Below are positions 19,201 to 29,046 of a DNA stretch of 46,405 bases, in pieces; the stretch's first letter is position 1; every line of letters starts with the position of its first letter. The position numbers were made by a program, and so were the translations under genes. Source of the DNA: a virus (taxonomy: Duplodnaviria > Heunggongvirae > Uroviricota > Caudoviricetes); the IMG/VR virus record IMGVR_UViG_2687453454_000004, one strand, 5' to 3'. The notes beneath the pieces were generated by a model. The model searched no databases. It had not been told where the DNA came from and saw only the letters and a list, made by a program, of their open reading frames with translations.

Positions 19201-19390
19201 CGGCCTGAGTCTGACGCTCCATAAAACGCTGCATACGGGCAGAAGACCGTTCTGCATCGCTGGCTGCACCATTCAGAAGGTTTTTGATACGGGGAATTTC
19301 ATTTTTAAACTCTGCCGCATCAATCCCCAAATCAATGACCAGGTTGGCTATCTGGTCCATAACGCACACCTCCGGAAATACCTTCCCCAA
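16286..19390 (-). CDS. H: Tail tape-measure protein H
   Basis: 1034 aa, coiled-coil-rich, C-terminal ...INNDGTNGQIGPAALK... as in lambda gpH; true start may be an internal Met. Confidence 0.9.
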   Translation of the reverse strand: MGKVFPEVCVMDQIANLVIDLGIDAAEFKNEIPRIKNLLNGAASDAERSSARMQRFMERQTQAARQTTQAASSAATAASVHAQTVEKNAQAHERMAREVEKTRQRMEALSQKMREEQAQAMALAEAQDKAAAAFYRQIDSVKQASAGLQELQRIQQQIRQARNSGGIGQQDYLALISEVTAKTRVLTQAEEEATRQKVAFIRQLKEQATRQNLSSSELLRAKAAQLGVSSAAEVYIRKMEQAGKATHSLGLKSAAARQEIGVLIGELARGNLGALRGSGITLANRAGWIDTLMSPKGMMLGWVIGGIAAAVYGLGKAWYDGQKEGEEFNRQLSLTGHYAGVTAGQLWTLSRAISGNGITQHAAAGALAQVVGSGAFRGNDIGMVARAAAQMERSVGQSVSDTINQFKRLKDDPVNAAKALDNELHFLTATQLEQIRVLGDQGRSSDAARIAMSALAEETGRRTADIDNNLNALGSTLKYLSDLWSRFWDAAMNIGREDSLDEQIAALQEKVSRAKRLPWTASSSQVEYDQQRLNDLQEKKRQKDLQDAKEQAERNYQEQQKRRNAENAALNRMNETEAARHQREIARINAMQYADQAVRDAAIQRENERYEKALASGKKKTRETRNDEATRLLLQYSQQQAQVEGQIAAARQSAGIATEKMTEAHKQLLALQQRISDLDGKKLTADEKSVLARKDELIQALTLLDVKQQELQKQTALNELKKKTIQLTSQLAEEERAQRQQHDLDIATVGMGDQQRQRYQVQLSLRQKYQQQLEQLRRDSEQKGTYNTDDYRKAEQALTESLNRQLNENRRYWQQLEIAQGNWKNGAMRAFQNFTADADNAAGTAEQMLTAAFNSAGNALATFCTTGKLNFKSFTASLLSDLAKIMAQMSMMQAVKGIGSAFGWGSAATASVTPNADGGVYQSADLSRYSGTVVNRPTFFAFAKGAGVMGEAGPEAILPLRRGADGKLGVVADIGGSGMAMFAPQYNIEINNDGTNGQIGPAALKVVYDLGKKAAADFMQQQARDGGRLSGAYR

Positions 19391-19661
19391 GATGCATCAG
19401 TTCTTCGTCCGTTCGCTCCGGTATCCCGTTCTCTTCCGGTAAAAGGCTGAAATCAGCCACCGCAGCATCACTGCTACCGGACACCATTCTCACGATCAAT
19501 GCCTTCAGCGAGGCAAACTGCGCATCCATCCACACATCACTGAAGCTCTGCATCCGGAAATAATCGCCCCACTCACCAAGCTCAGTGGCCGACATTTCCG
19601 ACAGCATCCGCCGCCAGTCTGCCCGCCGGAACTCCCGGGCAAGCCGCATGACAAACTGCAT
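19332..19661 (-). CDS. T: Tail assembly protein T (frameshift extension of G)
   Basis: -1 frame relative to G; frame open upstream to 19694, overlapping the G 3' end. Confidence 0.7.
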   Translation of the reverse strand: MQFVMRLAREFRRADWRRMLSEMSATELGEWGDYFRMQSFSDVWMDAQFASLKALIVRMVSGSSDAAVADFSLLPEENGIPERTDEELMHLGEGISGGVRYGPDSQPGH

Positions 19662-19669
19662 TTCCCGCG

Positions 19670-20056
19670 TCAGGACTTTTCCGGCGTCAGCACCTCATGC
19701 TCCAAATCCCCGGCATTCTCAATGACTCCCATACCGCTCAGCGACAGAACCATCTCCGCCCCCGCTCCCAGGGCATCATACGACCATGTTGTAATAACGG
19801 ATGCGCAAAGCGTCTCAACATCCTGAGACTGTTCCGCATTCCACAGTGAGCGGGAAACCAGCCAGGCATTGATATCCATCCCCATCCGCAGAAAAGCAAT
19901 CTGTCGTTCAGCCTCCGGCAGTTCTCCCTCTTCGGCATCAAACTTTGCCGTTCGCTGCTGAACAAACGCCAGATATTCAATTCTCTGCAGCCCGGACAGC
20001 TCACTGAGCACCACGGACTGCTTTTCATAATTAAACGTGCCCTGTTTCAGAAACAT
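19670..20056 (-). CDS. G: Tail assembly chaperone G
   Basis: Likely start MFLKQGTF at 20056 (lambda G starts MFLK); track start 20098. Confidence 0.75.
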   Translation of the reverse strand: MFLKQGTFNYEKQSVVLSELSGLQRIEYLAFVQQRTAKFDAEEGELPEAERQIAFLRMGMDINAWLVSRSLWNAEQSQDVETLCASVITTWSYDALGAGAEMVLSLSGMGVIENAGDLEHEVLTPEKS

Positions 20057-20116
20057 CATGTTCTCCACCTGCAAAAAAGCCCCGGATAACCGGGGCAAAT
20101 GATGAGTATCGTCCTG

Positions 20117-20866
20117 TTAACCTGCGGCGCTGACAGCCACCGCAGCCACTGCCACAAAATCGCCGTCAGAAGTCATGCCCACAATGCTGACACTGCCCTG
20201 CTTCACGCCTTTCACCGTGGCCACAAGCCCGTTCAGGGTCACCGTGGCAGTCTGTGGATCTGTCGAATGCACACTGATCGCTTTGTCACTGGCTCCGTCA
20301 GGTTTTACTGTAAAGGTCAGCGTGGTGGTTGCTCCCACTTTTACACTGGCAGATGCCGGTGCCACCGTCAGCCCGGTAACGCTCACTGTTTCAGTGCCTT
20401 CCTCTGCCAGATACGGACGCCCCACACCGCTGATTTTCACTGTGCGGGTCATCACGTCTTTTGAGGCAATGGTTTTACCCAGTGAGCTCAGCCAGCCACG
20501 GAAAACATCAACAGTGCCGTTGGGATATTTGATACGAAACGCGCAGACTTCACCGGAGTCGAACAACTGAACCAGTTTTTTCTGCCCGCTGTCACCCGGA
20601 CGCCAGGCCAGCGTCGCCGAAGTATCACCAACGGATTTCTGCCCCTGGGTTGTCGTTTTCCAGTCTGCATCTTCATCATCGAGATAAGTGTCATCTTCTG
20701 CATCAGCGGTCATTTCGCCAGGTTGCAGATCCTTCACCATCGCAAGACGCAGCCAGTCAGTGTCCGATAAAGGGTTCGCAAACGCATCGCCCTTGCCGGT
20801 GTACATCCAGAACGTCGTTCCCGCACCTTTCGTTTTTGCCAGTGGATTTGGTGTGGTCATTGCCAC
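20117..20866 (-). CDS. V: Major tail protein V with C-terminal Ig-like domain
   Basis: 249 aa, lambda gpV-like. Confidence 0.9.
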   Translation of the reverse strand: MAMTTPNPLAKTKGAGTTFWMYTGKGDAFANPLSDTDWLRLAMVKDLQPGEMTADAEDDTYLDDEDADWKTTTQGQKSVGDTSATLAWRPGDSGQKKLVQLFDSGEVCAFRIKYPNGTVDVFRGWLSSLGKTIASKDVMTRTVKISGVGRPYLAEEGTETVSVTGLTVAPASASVKVGATTTLTFTVKPDGASDKAISVHSTDPQTATVTLNGLVATVKGVKQGSVSIVGMTSDGDFVAVAAVAVSAAG

Positions 20867-20871
20867 CTCCT

Positions 20872-21273
20872 TTAATTCGTGTACGTGATCTGGTACGTGA
20901 TTTCCGCCATCGCCCAGGTGGCCATCTCATTATCACGTTGATAGTTAAAACCGAGAGGGATCAGGGTGTCGATGAGTCCGGAAAGTGCCGGTATATCATT
21001 CAGGGCCGGGAAAATGGTGCTCTCCATCCACATATCCAGCTCTGAATCCGGTGCCTGTGCCCGGATGAAGACAGCAATATGCAGAACAGCCTGCCAGTCA
21101 TCTTCATCCGTCATTTTTCCGGTGTACTGAGCATCACTCAGCCACACCGCCACGGCAGGCAGTTCCTGCGCATCAATAAATGCCGGAAGCCCGTCAAAAA
21201 ACGTGGCGCTGTCTCCACACTGTTCCCGAAGGCGTGCCAGTACGGCCTGGCGGATTTGTGTATGTCGGTTCAT
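20872..21273 (-). CDS. U: Tail terminator protein U
   Basis: Lambda gpU-like (ATFFDG...AVAVWL...); likely start at the Met following the Z stop. Confidence 0.85.
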   Translation of the reverse strand: MNRHTQIRQAVLARLREQCGDSATFFDGLPAFIDAQELPAVAVWLSDAQYTGKMTDEDDWQAVLHIAVFIRAQAPDSELDMWMESTIFPALNDIPALSGLIDTLIPLGFNYQRDNEMATWAMAEITYQITYTN

Positions 21274-21848
21274 CGGGTCAGCCATAACCTCAGTTGTTGT
21301 TTCAGTGCATACCCCAGCTGTTTCGGCATTTCCGCAGCAATAATGCGGTCGCGGGCATCTTCAAATGCCTGTGTCAGCGGTCCGGACAGCGGGACTTTCA
21401 CCACATCAATGGGGTAACGATTTTTGCCATCAATACGCCGCATCACATGCCAGCGACCATTCGCCAGTTGCTGAATAAACGCATCCCGGAAAAGATATTT
21501 ACCCACCTTCAGCACACTGCCACGGTACTGCAGTTTTCCACCACGCCGGGCCAGTCTGACCCGGGCTGTCCCCAGCTTAATAGCGGGCAGATTGCCCCGG
21601 TTAACGCGGATCCTGGCCGTCATTTTTCCTGACGGACTGGCTTTAAACACCCGGACACGCTGACGTACCAGTTTCAGGGGGATCCCTTTCACCTGGTTAT
21701 CTCCCGCAACGGTATTCCCGGCAACCTGCCGGGTGGCGACCGAGACCGCTTTCTGTGCCACACGGTTTATCGCCCATGCGCTGGCCTGTGGCACCATACG
21801 GGTATCAAGGCTGTTCAGATTACGGATGGCATTCTCAAGCCCCTTCAT
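21270..21848 (-). CDS. Z: Tail completion protein Z
   Basis: 192 aa, same length and position as lambda gpZ. Confidence 0.8.
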   Translation of the reverse strand: MKGLENAIRNLNSLDTRMVPQASAWAINRVAQKAVSVATRQVAGNTVAGDNQVKGIPLKLVRQRVRVFKASPSGKMTARIRVNRGNLPAIKLGTARVRLARRGGKLQYRGSVLKVGKYLFRDAFIQQLANGRWHVMRRIDGKNRYPIDVVKVPLSGPLTQAFEDARDRIIAAEMPKQLGYALKQQLRLWLTR

Positions 21849-21859
21849 CCCACACCTCT

Positions 21860-22135
21860 TTACTCAATAAAGATCATTGGCTTACCGTTAAAACGTTCAT
21901 GCCGTGTGACCGTCCATTGTTGTCCGTCATAAACAACGCGATCCCCGCGCCGTGGGCGGTATCCCGAAGAAAACACCACCAGAGAGACCGCAGGTCCGGA
22001 CAGAGCATTCAGCTCTGCCAGTGTTTCTCCCGGGATCACAGTCATATCGACATCATTAATCGAGGCTGTCTTTCCCATCTTTCTAACCGTGATAGCATCC
22101 ATACGCGCTGCCAGCCGGGAAAAGGGATCAGACAT
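21860..22135 (-). CDS. Head-tail joining protein (FII position)
   Basis: 91-aa ORF between the DUF2190-like gene and Z; assignment by position only. Confidence 0.5.
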   Translation of the reverse strand: MSDPFSRLAARMDAITVRKMGKTASINDVDMTVIPGETLAELNALSGPAVSLVVFSSGYRPRRGDRVVYDGQQWTVTRHERFNGKPMIFIE

Positions 22136-22451
22136 TGAGTTTTACCGGCACTTCTTCTGCACTGGTTCCGGCATCTGCCCAGACAACCCCGACCAGCGGA
22201 TCAGAGCCGCTGTTAGTCAGCTGAACTTTTCCGGACTTCAGATAAACCTTCTTACCCGTTTTCATGTCATCCGTTTTCAGCTTAGGCAGCATAAACACAC
22301 CTTCGGTCATGCCGTCGCCTGTTTCACCCTGTGGAATATCGGTCAGCGCCACCGCAAAAACATCGCCCACCTGCACCAGATCTCCGCTGCTGATGGCTGC
22401 ACTGGCAACAATCGCCACCGTTTTTCCTTCTTCTACAAAATTCTTTGCCAT
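22128..22451 (-). CDS. Small phage head protein, DUF2190-like (tentative)
   Basis: About 107 aa from MAKNFVEEGK; sits directly after the capsid gene; family name from memory. Confidence 0.45.
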   Translation of the reverse strand: MAKNFVEEGKTVAIVASAAISSGDLVQVGDVFAVALTDIPQGETGDGMTEGVFMLPKLKTDDMKTGKKVYLKSGKVQLTNSGSDPLVGVVWADAGTSAEEVPVKLNV

Positions 22452-22537
22452 AACTGTCTCCGCACAGCCCCGTTCAGGGGCTGATTTCAGGTACAAAAAA
22501 AGCCCTTACGGGCCATCAGAGTTGTTGTCTGCGACGT

Positions 22538-24496
22538 TTACGCCGTACATTTCACCAGACCGCGGTGATCAACTGGCGCGACACCGGCGTCAATACGCAC
22601 TTTCGTTGTCACGCCATCCACACTGAAGCCCTCCATCTGATCAATATATGGCGTATCCACACCGTTGAGATAAGCCACTTCAATCGTATCGGAGCCTTTT
22701 GACGCAGCCAGGTAGAAGGTGGTCTGGCTGTTATCATCAAGACGAGGCTCTGCAATAACGGTCGCAAAATCTTTCACCGGGTTAATAATACCGGCGTTAA
22801 TGTCAGCCCCCTTGACACTTGAGGAGCGAATGACCTGGTTAGCAACAGACTCCATCGCCGTCGGTACCAGTACGAACGCAGGACGAATATTCAGATGACG
22901 CTCCCCCTCTTTCTGAACGCGCATCAACTGGCGGGCTTTATCCAGCGATGCCACGTCCATTGCAGCGCTCTCCAGTACGTTTGCATGTTTCGCTTTATCG
23001 AACAGACTTACATTATCTGTGGAGATTTTCGGGTTAGACGTCAGAATGGCATAAACCAGATCGGCAATAGTGGATTTCGCCGCACGGCCCAGTTTCATCG
23101 GGACATCGGTCAGCATATTCAGATCATCATTGATAATGGCCTGACGGGTGATACTGAACAGCTCGCCATAGGTCGCCAGTGCAATAGTGGCCTGTTTATC
23201 TCCGGTGGTGACGTATTTATATTCCGCCCCTTCACGCACCTGACGCAGAGCACTGAAGCCCCCCATACCCACACGATGGGCAATTTTAAAATCAGACAAC
23301 TGACCTTTCCGCGTCCACTGTTCATAGGTTTCAGGGGCATCTTCCCAGCCCTGCAGAATGGCTTTGTTCGCAACATCCAGCAGAATATTACCGAAGTCAG
23401 ACGTACTGTGTGTGAACGCCGCACCGACCATCTGCATCGGGTTATAACCGGAAACCCCAATACCCCGTTCAGTTAGTGACATACGGGCATATTCACGCAG
23501 GGTCATCCCGTTGTAGACATTATCACGTTCGTTTTTTTCAAATCCGGCACGCGCCATCAGCGCCTGGCGGATCCCGTCCCCCACAAAATTACCGTTACCG
23601 GCATAAATATGAGCCGGGGTATTTTTATTGGATGGCGTGGACTCGCGCCCCATCTCGTTCAACAGCTTTTCACGGGCCTGCTCCAGCGAACATTCAGGAT
23701 CGGCAAGACACTGGGCCTGCAGCATCTGATAACGCCCGCCAAACATGGCAAACAGATCATTAATACCGTTTACACGCGCTTTTTGCTCTGCCAGTACCTG
23801 CGCACGGATACTGTTTTCATCCACCACGGGTGCTGCTGCCTGCACTGGCGTCCGGGAGGCTGCAGGTTCATCATCCTGTACGCGTGGAGCACTGTTGCGT
23901 GGCGGAGTAATCATGTTTCGAATGGATTCCGGCATCTTTTTAAATTCCTCTGTACGTTTTGACTGAATACATGCCATTGCCTTAACGGCTGGTGTCACCT
24001 GATCAGCAAATCCCTGTGCCAGACATTCGGCACCGGACATCCAGGTCTCATCCGCCAGCATGGCAGCAATTTCATCGGTGGTTTTCCCGGTTTTCTGTGC
24101 ATAAGCGGGTAACAGAACCGCCTCAACTTTATCGAGCAGGTCGGCATAGGTGCGCATGTCCTCCGCATCACCGCCCGTAAAGCCAAATGGTTTATGAATC
24201 ATCATGAAGGTGTTTTCCGGCATAATGACCGGGTTTCCCACCATCGCAATGACCGACGCCATTGATGCCGCCACACCGTCGACATAAACGGTAATGGACG
24301 CACCATGTGTTTTCAGCGCATTAAAAATGGCGATGCCTTCAAAGACATCGCCACCCGGTGAATTGATATGGAGATTAATGTGGGTGATATCGCCCAGTGC
24401 ATTCAGATCACTGATAAACTGCTTCGCTGTAACACCCCAGAAACCAATCTCGTCATAAATATAAATATCCGCGTCACTCTGGTGACCAGCCTGCAT
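22538..24496 (-). CDS. ClpP-like prohead protease fused to HK97-fold major capsid protein
   Basis: N-terminal S14/ClpP-like region (DIYIYDEIG...INSPGGDVFEG...MIHKP) followed by a capsid-like C-terminal part; start uncertain (track gives TTG at 24757, overlapping the portal; Met at 24496 preferred). Confidence 0.75.
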   Translation of the reverse strand: MQAGHQSDADIYIYDEIGFWGVTAKQFISDLNALGDITHINLHINSPGGDVFEGIAIFNALKTHGASITVYVDGVAASMASVIAMVGNPVIMPENTFMMIHKPFGFTGGDAEDMRTYADLLDKVEAVLLPAYAQKTGKTTDEIAAMLADETWMSGAECLAQGFADQVTPAVKAMACIQSKRTEEFKKMPESIRNMITPPRNSAPRVQDDEPAASRTPVQAAAPVVDENSIRAQVLAEQKARVNGINDLFAMFGGRYQMLQAQCLADPECSLEQAREKLLNEMGRESTPSNKNTPAHIYAGNGNFVGDGIRQALMARAGFEKNERDNVYNGMTLREYARMSLTERGIGVSGYNPMQMVGAAFTHSTSDFGNILLDVANKAILQGWEDAPETYEQWTRKGQLSDFKIAHRVGMGGFSALRQVREGAEYKYVTTGDKQATIALATYGELFSITRQAIINDDLNMLTDVPMKLGRAAKSTIADLVYAILTSNPKISTDNVSLFDKAKHANVLESAAMDVASLDKARQLMRVQKEGERHLNIRPAFVLVPTAMESVANQVIRSSSVKGADINAGIINPVKDFATVIAEPRLDDNSQTTFYLAASKGSDTIEVAYLNGVDTPYIDQMEGFSVDGVTTKVRIDAGVAPVDHRGLVKCTA

Positions 24497-24542
24497 CCTG
24501 AACCAGGAATTATTCTTCGGACTGGTCGTCGGTGTACTGCGG

Positions 24543-26018
24543 CTACTGTCGTTTCGTTGCGGCACTGCTGCCTCCTTTATCACTGGCCGGATCGGTATCA
24601 AATACCAGGTCCAGCTTGCGGTTTTCATCAATTTCGGCCTTGCGCCGACGTTTGACATCATCCGGATTACGACCACCTGCACGTACCCAGTCTGATTCTG
24701 TCGCCGCTCCACCACGAATCTGGATTTTCCAGGCCTCAGCCTCCTTAACAGGGTCAATCCACGGCATCACCGGTCCGGAATACACCGCGGTATACAGTGA
24801 AGAACGGTCAAGATCGCGGGGTAGCCTGATAACACCGGATGCCACAGCCTGTTTCAGCCAGGCACGATACATCGGGCGGGTGACGGCACCAATAAACCAG
24901 TCCTGCAGGATCAGGTAGCCATCAGTGGATTCAACCAGCTCCTGACGCTGGGCGCTGTAAGTGCCGTTATAGTTGCGCGCTGTACTGGAAAAACTCAGAC
25001 GACTGCCCGCCGCCACGGCACGCAACTGAGCATTACGAAAAGTTTCAAGGTTAGGATTTGGGCGATCCGACTTCACCATTCCGATTTCTTCGCCGGGTTT
25101 CAGATCGTCGTAAATAATGCCTGGCTGAATGGTAAGCTCGCGTTCATTCTCCTTGCTGTCATTACCATCCGTTTCATAGCTCTGTCCGTCGCCTTTGCGG
25201 ATGTACATCCCCAGAGCAGCGGCGACCCTTGCTGCAGTCAGCTCAGAATCTTCATACTCTTTCAGGGCGCTGAGGCGGATCAGCACACCGGACAATAAAG
25301 ACGTCCCGCGCATCTGGTGCAGACGGCGAACAAATTTAAGATGCAGCATTCGCTCTGCATCCACTTCTTTGGTTTCCATCTGCCGCCCGGATACGGGACG
25401 GCTTTTATACACCAGATATTTTTCGGGACGCCCCCAGTCATCAACAAACACGCCCTGATTCAGCCTGTTGCTCTCATCACTGGTCATGGGAATAAAGTCC
25501 GGCTCGAGCGCCTCCAGCCAGAAATGAACACCGGCAGAAGGCGTCAGGCTGTTTATGCGCCCGGAAACCATCTGGGCAAACACCTCACCATCGCGCAGCC
25601 AGGTACGCAGCATCAGACGTTCCAGCATCGGACGGGTAAACTGCCCGGTGACTTCCGGACTGACAGACCATTCACTCCATCGGGTGCGTATCTCCGCTGC
25701 CAGATCACGGGCAATGGCCCCATTGCGTAATACCGGATGTGGCTCGACAATAATCCCGTTTTTCCCCACCACCCGTTCTTCCAGCTTGTCAAATACACCA
25801 ATGACCAGATCGTGGTTGTTATCAAGGTAACGGGCCTGCTCACGTAACGACACGGCCCCGTACTGGCTTAACTGGTCGGCAGTTCGGTTCTCCCGTCGGG
25901 CTTTGTGTGTCCGCGTCGTTTTTACGGCCTCATAAGCCTGAATCACCGCACGGGAACGCAGCCTTGCCGCTTTCCATCCTGGTGAAAAAACGCCAATCAC
26001 ATCATCAAGAATTGCCAT
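24543..26018 (-). CDS. Portal protein (lambda gpB-like)
   Basis: About 491 aa from MAILDDVIGVF; ATGA overlap with the W stop; track version starts at GTG 26090. Confidence 0.85.
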   Translation of the reverse strand: MAILDDVIGVFSPGWKAARLRSRAVIQAYEAVKTTRTHKARRENRTADQLSQYGAVSLREQARYLDNNHDLVIGVFDKLEERVVGKNGIIVEPHPVLRNGAIARDLAAEIRTRWSEWSVSPEVTGQFTRPMLERLMLRTWLRDGEVFAQMVSGRINSLTPSAGVHFWLEALEPDFIPMTSDESNRLNQGVFVDDWGRPEKYLVYKSRPVSGRQMETKEVDAERMLHLKFVRRLHQMRGTSLLSGVLIRLSALKEYEDSELTAARVAAALGMYIRKGDGQSYETDGNDSKENERELTIQPGIIYDDLKPGEEIGMVKSDRPNPNLETFRNAQLRAVAAGSRLSFSSTARNYNGTYSAQRQELVESTDGYLILQDWFIGAVTRPMYRAWLKQAVASGVIRLPRDLDRSSLYTAVYSGPVMPWIDPVKEAEAWKIQIRGGAATESDWVRAGGRNPDDVKRRRKAEIDENRKLDLVFDTDPASDKGGSSAATKRQ

Positions 26019-26236
26019 CAGAACCTCGCCAGCCGGTACCCGGGATGCCCCCGTCGTCGTGAAATCAGAGCCGCAAGGCGGCGCTCCCACTCCTGCCGTC
26101 CCTGCCGGATCTCAGATAAGTTTTCCATGGTCATCTGCTGACCATTAAAAGTGACGGATTTTCCGTCCAGCACCGCCATTTCAGCTTCCGTATAACGCTG
26201 AATCATGGCTTCGATATCATTCTGGTTCATAACCAT
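26018..26236 (-). CDS. Head-tail connector gpW-like
   Basis: 72 aa, between terminase and portal as lambda W. Confidence 0.7.
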   Translation of the reverse strand: MVMNQNDIEAMIQRYTEAEMAVLDGKSVTFNGQQMTMENLSEIRQGRQEWERRLAALISRRRGHPGYRLARF

Positions 26237-28326
26237 CCTCCGGAAGTCAGCCAGGGGTTAACATCGTCAGTTACTGTTTTCTTCCGTTTTTGTTTTTTAA
26301 CAGGCGTGGATACCGGTTCCGGTGTGGGTGACGGTTCGGTACTGTCCGGGACACACTCCAGCCAGGTTTCCCGGCTCGCCCACTCCGGTGCATCCGGCCA
26401 GCGGATCTTTTCGTATCCATGCAGAATGACCAGCGCCTCGGCATACACCATCAGGTCAAAAGCTTCGTTGGCACCGCGACCCGGCTTACTCCATTTCCCG
26501 TCACTGCTCCGCTCTTCATACGTCAGTTCGTCGTAAAACCAGCTCCCCAGCCAGTCAGGGAAATGCACATAGCCGGGACCTGGCGAGTCACGCCATAACG
26601 CGTTATTCACCCGGTCTTTCAGGGCATCCGTCTGAAGAAGCCAGAGCGGCACATCACCTGCGGCCTGCGCCCGTCGGCCCGTTCGTCCGGTGTTATCAGG
26701 GAATGTACGGGTGATCAGTTTTGCGCGCCGGATGCTGTCGCCCTTAAACAGGTAAATACGTTTACCAAGGCCATCACGACGGCAACGACGCCAGAATTTA
26801 TAGGCATTATCAGTGACCCCGTCTTCACCGCCGGAGTCCACCGCCATTGCCATCAGTCGCATTTGTTGAGAAGGATCGGAGGCCAGCGGCCAGCTTTTAT
26901 GAAAAACATCCGTCAGCAGGACATCCCAGTCTTCCGGATAGCTGGCCGGATCAATTCGCTGGCTCTCCCCGTCGCAGTCACTGCGCAATGACTGCGTGAT
27001 GTTGTAACGATCAATAATCCAGCGTTCGCCACGGCTGCCATAGCCCGTTACCTGAACCACAAAACGGCGATGACGTCCCGCCTGCACATCCACTGTCGCC
27101 ACAAGGAAATTAACGCCATCCGGAACACTGCGGGAAGGAACTGGCTCTGCCCGCTGCTCAAGCAGTTCACTTTTTCGTTGCTCCATGCTGGCACGAGGAA
27201 GATAAGGCAATCCCCAGTCGGTGTTGATAACCGCCCTGAGTGTTTCTTCGCTTCCTGTCGCTTCATACTCCTGTTCTGCAGTCAGTAATTTGTAAACCAG
27301 TTGCGCCCAGGTCTGATACGCAGCAGCTGGCCCTTCCATCCAGAAACTGGCGATACGGGAGCGGCGCGGTTCACCGGAAACGTTGCCGTTACGATCAATG
27401 ACCTGACCTTCACGCAACCAGACTCCTGCACTATTGAGCTCACGCTTTTTCTCCGCAGTGATAATGCCGCTGCAGTGCGGGCAAAGTAGATACGCCGCCT
27501 CACTGGCTTTAAAGGGATCCGGTTCATTACGGTAGCCGGTCATGGCATCCATGGCTGGCTGAAAATATTCACCGCAGTGCGGACATGGCCAGTACCAGCG
27601 GCGGCGGTCACCACGATTGTAAAGGGAAAGAATACCAGTCGTCGGTGGCGCTTCATGAGGCGACTTACGTCGCCATTTGCTGTCGCAGATGTCACGTCCC
27701 GGCGAGCTCTCCACCAGAGTCATCCCGGCGGACATAAATGTGGTGGTACGTTTTGAGGCCAGGGAGAAACCATCACCCTCGCTGTCGATATTCTCCGGAA
27801 AACGGTCGTAATCGGTTAAGGCGACAAACCGGTAATCCGACGACGACATAATGTTGACCGAGGGCCAACCAATTTTAAGGAACGAGCCATCCCTGAACGT
27901 CTTATCATGAACATTATTGTCGTTACGACGTGGACTCATTCTTTTCTTTACCGCCGCACTGCTTCTGAACGTTCTGTCGAGGCGCTTTTTAGAATGCTCG
28001 CGGGCCTTATCTTCGGTCATCTGCACAACGAGCATGTCCGAAGGATCGCAAACGATGGTATAGACAATCCATCCATCGATCAGACCAATGGTCTTCCCTG
28101 TTCGCGCAGGACCAACAAAAATCACCGCATCGTATTCACGCGATGCCAGGCAGTTCATGGGCTCAATGATGTAGGGTGTCAGTTCAGGATCCCATGGCAC
28201 CGAGTTACCAGCCCCCTTGGGAACACGCATGAATTTTTTAACAGCCTCCGAAATCGGCATGCGACGTGGTGGGGAAAATCCTGCCGATATGTCCCTTCCC
28301 AAATTTCGGGCTGATGAAAAACCCAT
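26227..28326 (-). CDS. Terminase large subunit (gpA-like)
   Basis: 699 aa with ATPase motif (VIFVGPARTGKT) and C-terminal nuclease region; GGAGG RBS. Confidence 0.95.
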   Translation of the reverse strand: MGFSSARNLGRDISAGFSPPRRMPISEAVKKFMRVPKGAGNSVPWDPELTPYIIEPMNCLASREYDAVIFVGPARTGKTIGLIDGWIVYTIVCDPSDMLVVQMTEDKAREHSKKRLDRTFRSSAAVKKRMSPRRNDNNVHDKTFRDGSFLKIGWPSVNIMSSSDYRFVALTDYDRFPENIDSEGDGFSLASKRTTTFMSAGMTLVESSPGRDICDSKWRRKSPHEAPPTTGILSLYNRGDRRRWYWPCPHCGEYFQPAMDAMTGYRNEPDPFKASEAAYLLCPHCSGIITAEKKRELNSAGVWLREGQVIDRNGNVSGEPRRSRIASFWMEGPAAAYQTWAQLVYKLLTAEQEYEATGSEETLRAVINTDWGLPYLPRASMEQRKSELLEQRAEPVPSRSVPDGVNFLVATVDVQAGRHRRFVVQVTGYGSRGERWIIDRYNITQSLRSDCDGESQRIDPASYPEDWDVLLTDVFHKSWPLASDPSQQMRLMAMAVDSGGEDGVTDNAYKFWRRCRRDGLGKRIYLFKGDSIRRAKLITRTFPDNTGRTGRRAQAAGDVPLWLLQTDALKDRVNNALWRDSPGPGYVHFPDWLGSWFYDELTYEERSSDGKWSKPGRGANEAFDLMVYAEALVILHGYEKIRWPDAPEWASRETWLECVPDSTEPSPTPEPVSTPVKKQKRKKTVTDDVNPWLTSGGWL

Positions 28327-28334
28327 TATTCCTC

Positions 28335-28874
28335 CTAGAGACTCTCTCCTTCCTCATCAGGAATTAATTCAGCAGCACAAGCCTCGTAGGATTTTTCCTG
28401 AAGAGTGTATCGCAGGTCATCAATGGCCTGCTGTACAACGCCGACGGCCTGAGGAGTCAGGGCGCAATCGCGTTCAAGAACATCCGGAATTGTCTCCAGA
28501 ACCTGGACGACAGCCTTTCTCATGGACGAATAGACGATGACTACTTCATCAACGGGGATGAGTTTTCGCTGCTCCTTTTCCAGCTTGATCCTTTCATTTT
28601 CAGACTGGTACCAGTCCTTTCTCTCTTTCGGCTCCATACGGGATGGATCATGAACAGAGTCTGCTGCCTCATGCCTCACACTAAACAGGGCAGGCCCGAC
28701 ATGCTGCAGGGCGTAAACGGGGTTCCCCCTGACAGTCGCAGCCACAGGAGTGTTGGCCGCGAGGAGCCGTTTTTTTACTGTGTCCCGGTGAAGCCCAAAG
28801 GCCTCGGCGATTTTAAAAACACTCCAGTAATAAGCATCACCGATCCCGCTCACATTTGACATAAGCAACTCCAT
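28335..28874 (-). CDS. Terminase small subunit (Nu1-like)
   Basis: N-terminal HTH-like region; directly upstream of the large subunit; about 180 bp from the cos candidate. Confidence 0.75.
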   Translation of the reverse strand: MELLMSNVSGIGDAYYWSVFKIAEAFGLHRDTVKKRLLAANTPVAATVRGNPVYALQHVGPALFSVRHEAADSVHDPSRMEPKERKDWYQSENERIKLEKEQRKLIPVDEVVIVYSSMRKAVVQVLETIPDVLERDCALTPQAVGVVQQAIDDLRYTLQEKSYEACAAELIPDEEGESL

Positions 28875-29046
28875 CTGGCAGGTAAAAATCAGGTTTATTT
28901 ATATATTTCAATTAATTGCAAACTGGTCTAATGACAGGGAGAAAAAAATATTGTACAGGTGAAAAGAGAAATAACTTTTAATTATCAATAAATTACCAAA
29001 CATGCTGCCGCCGCCATGGAAATGCAAAAACTAGCCTTTTTCCGCG

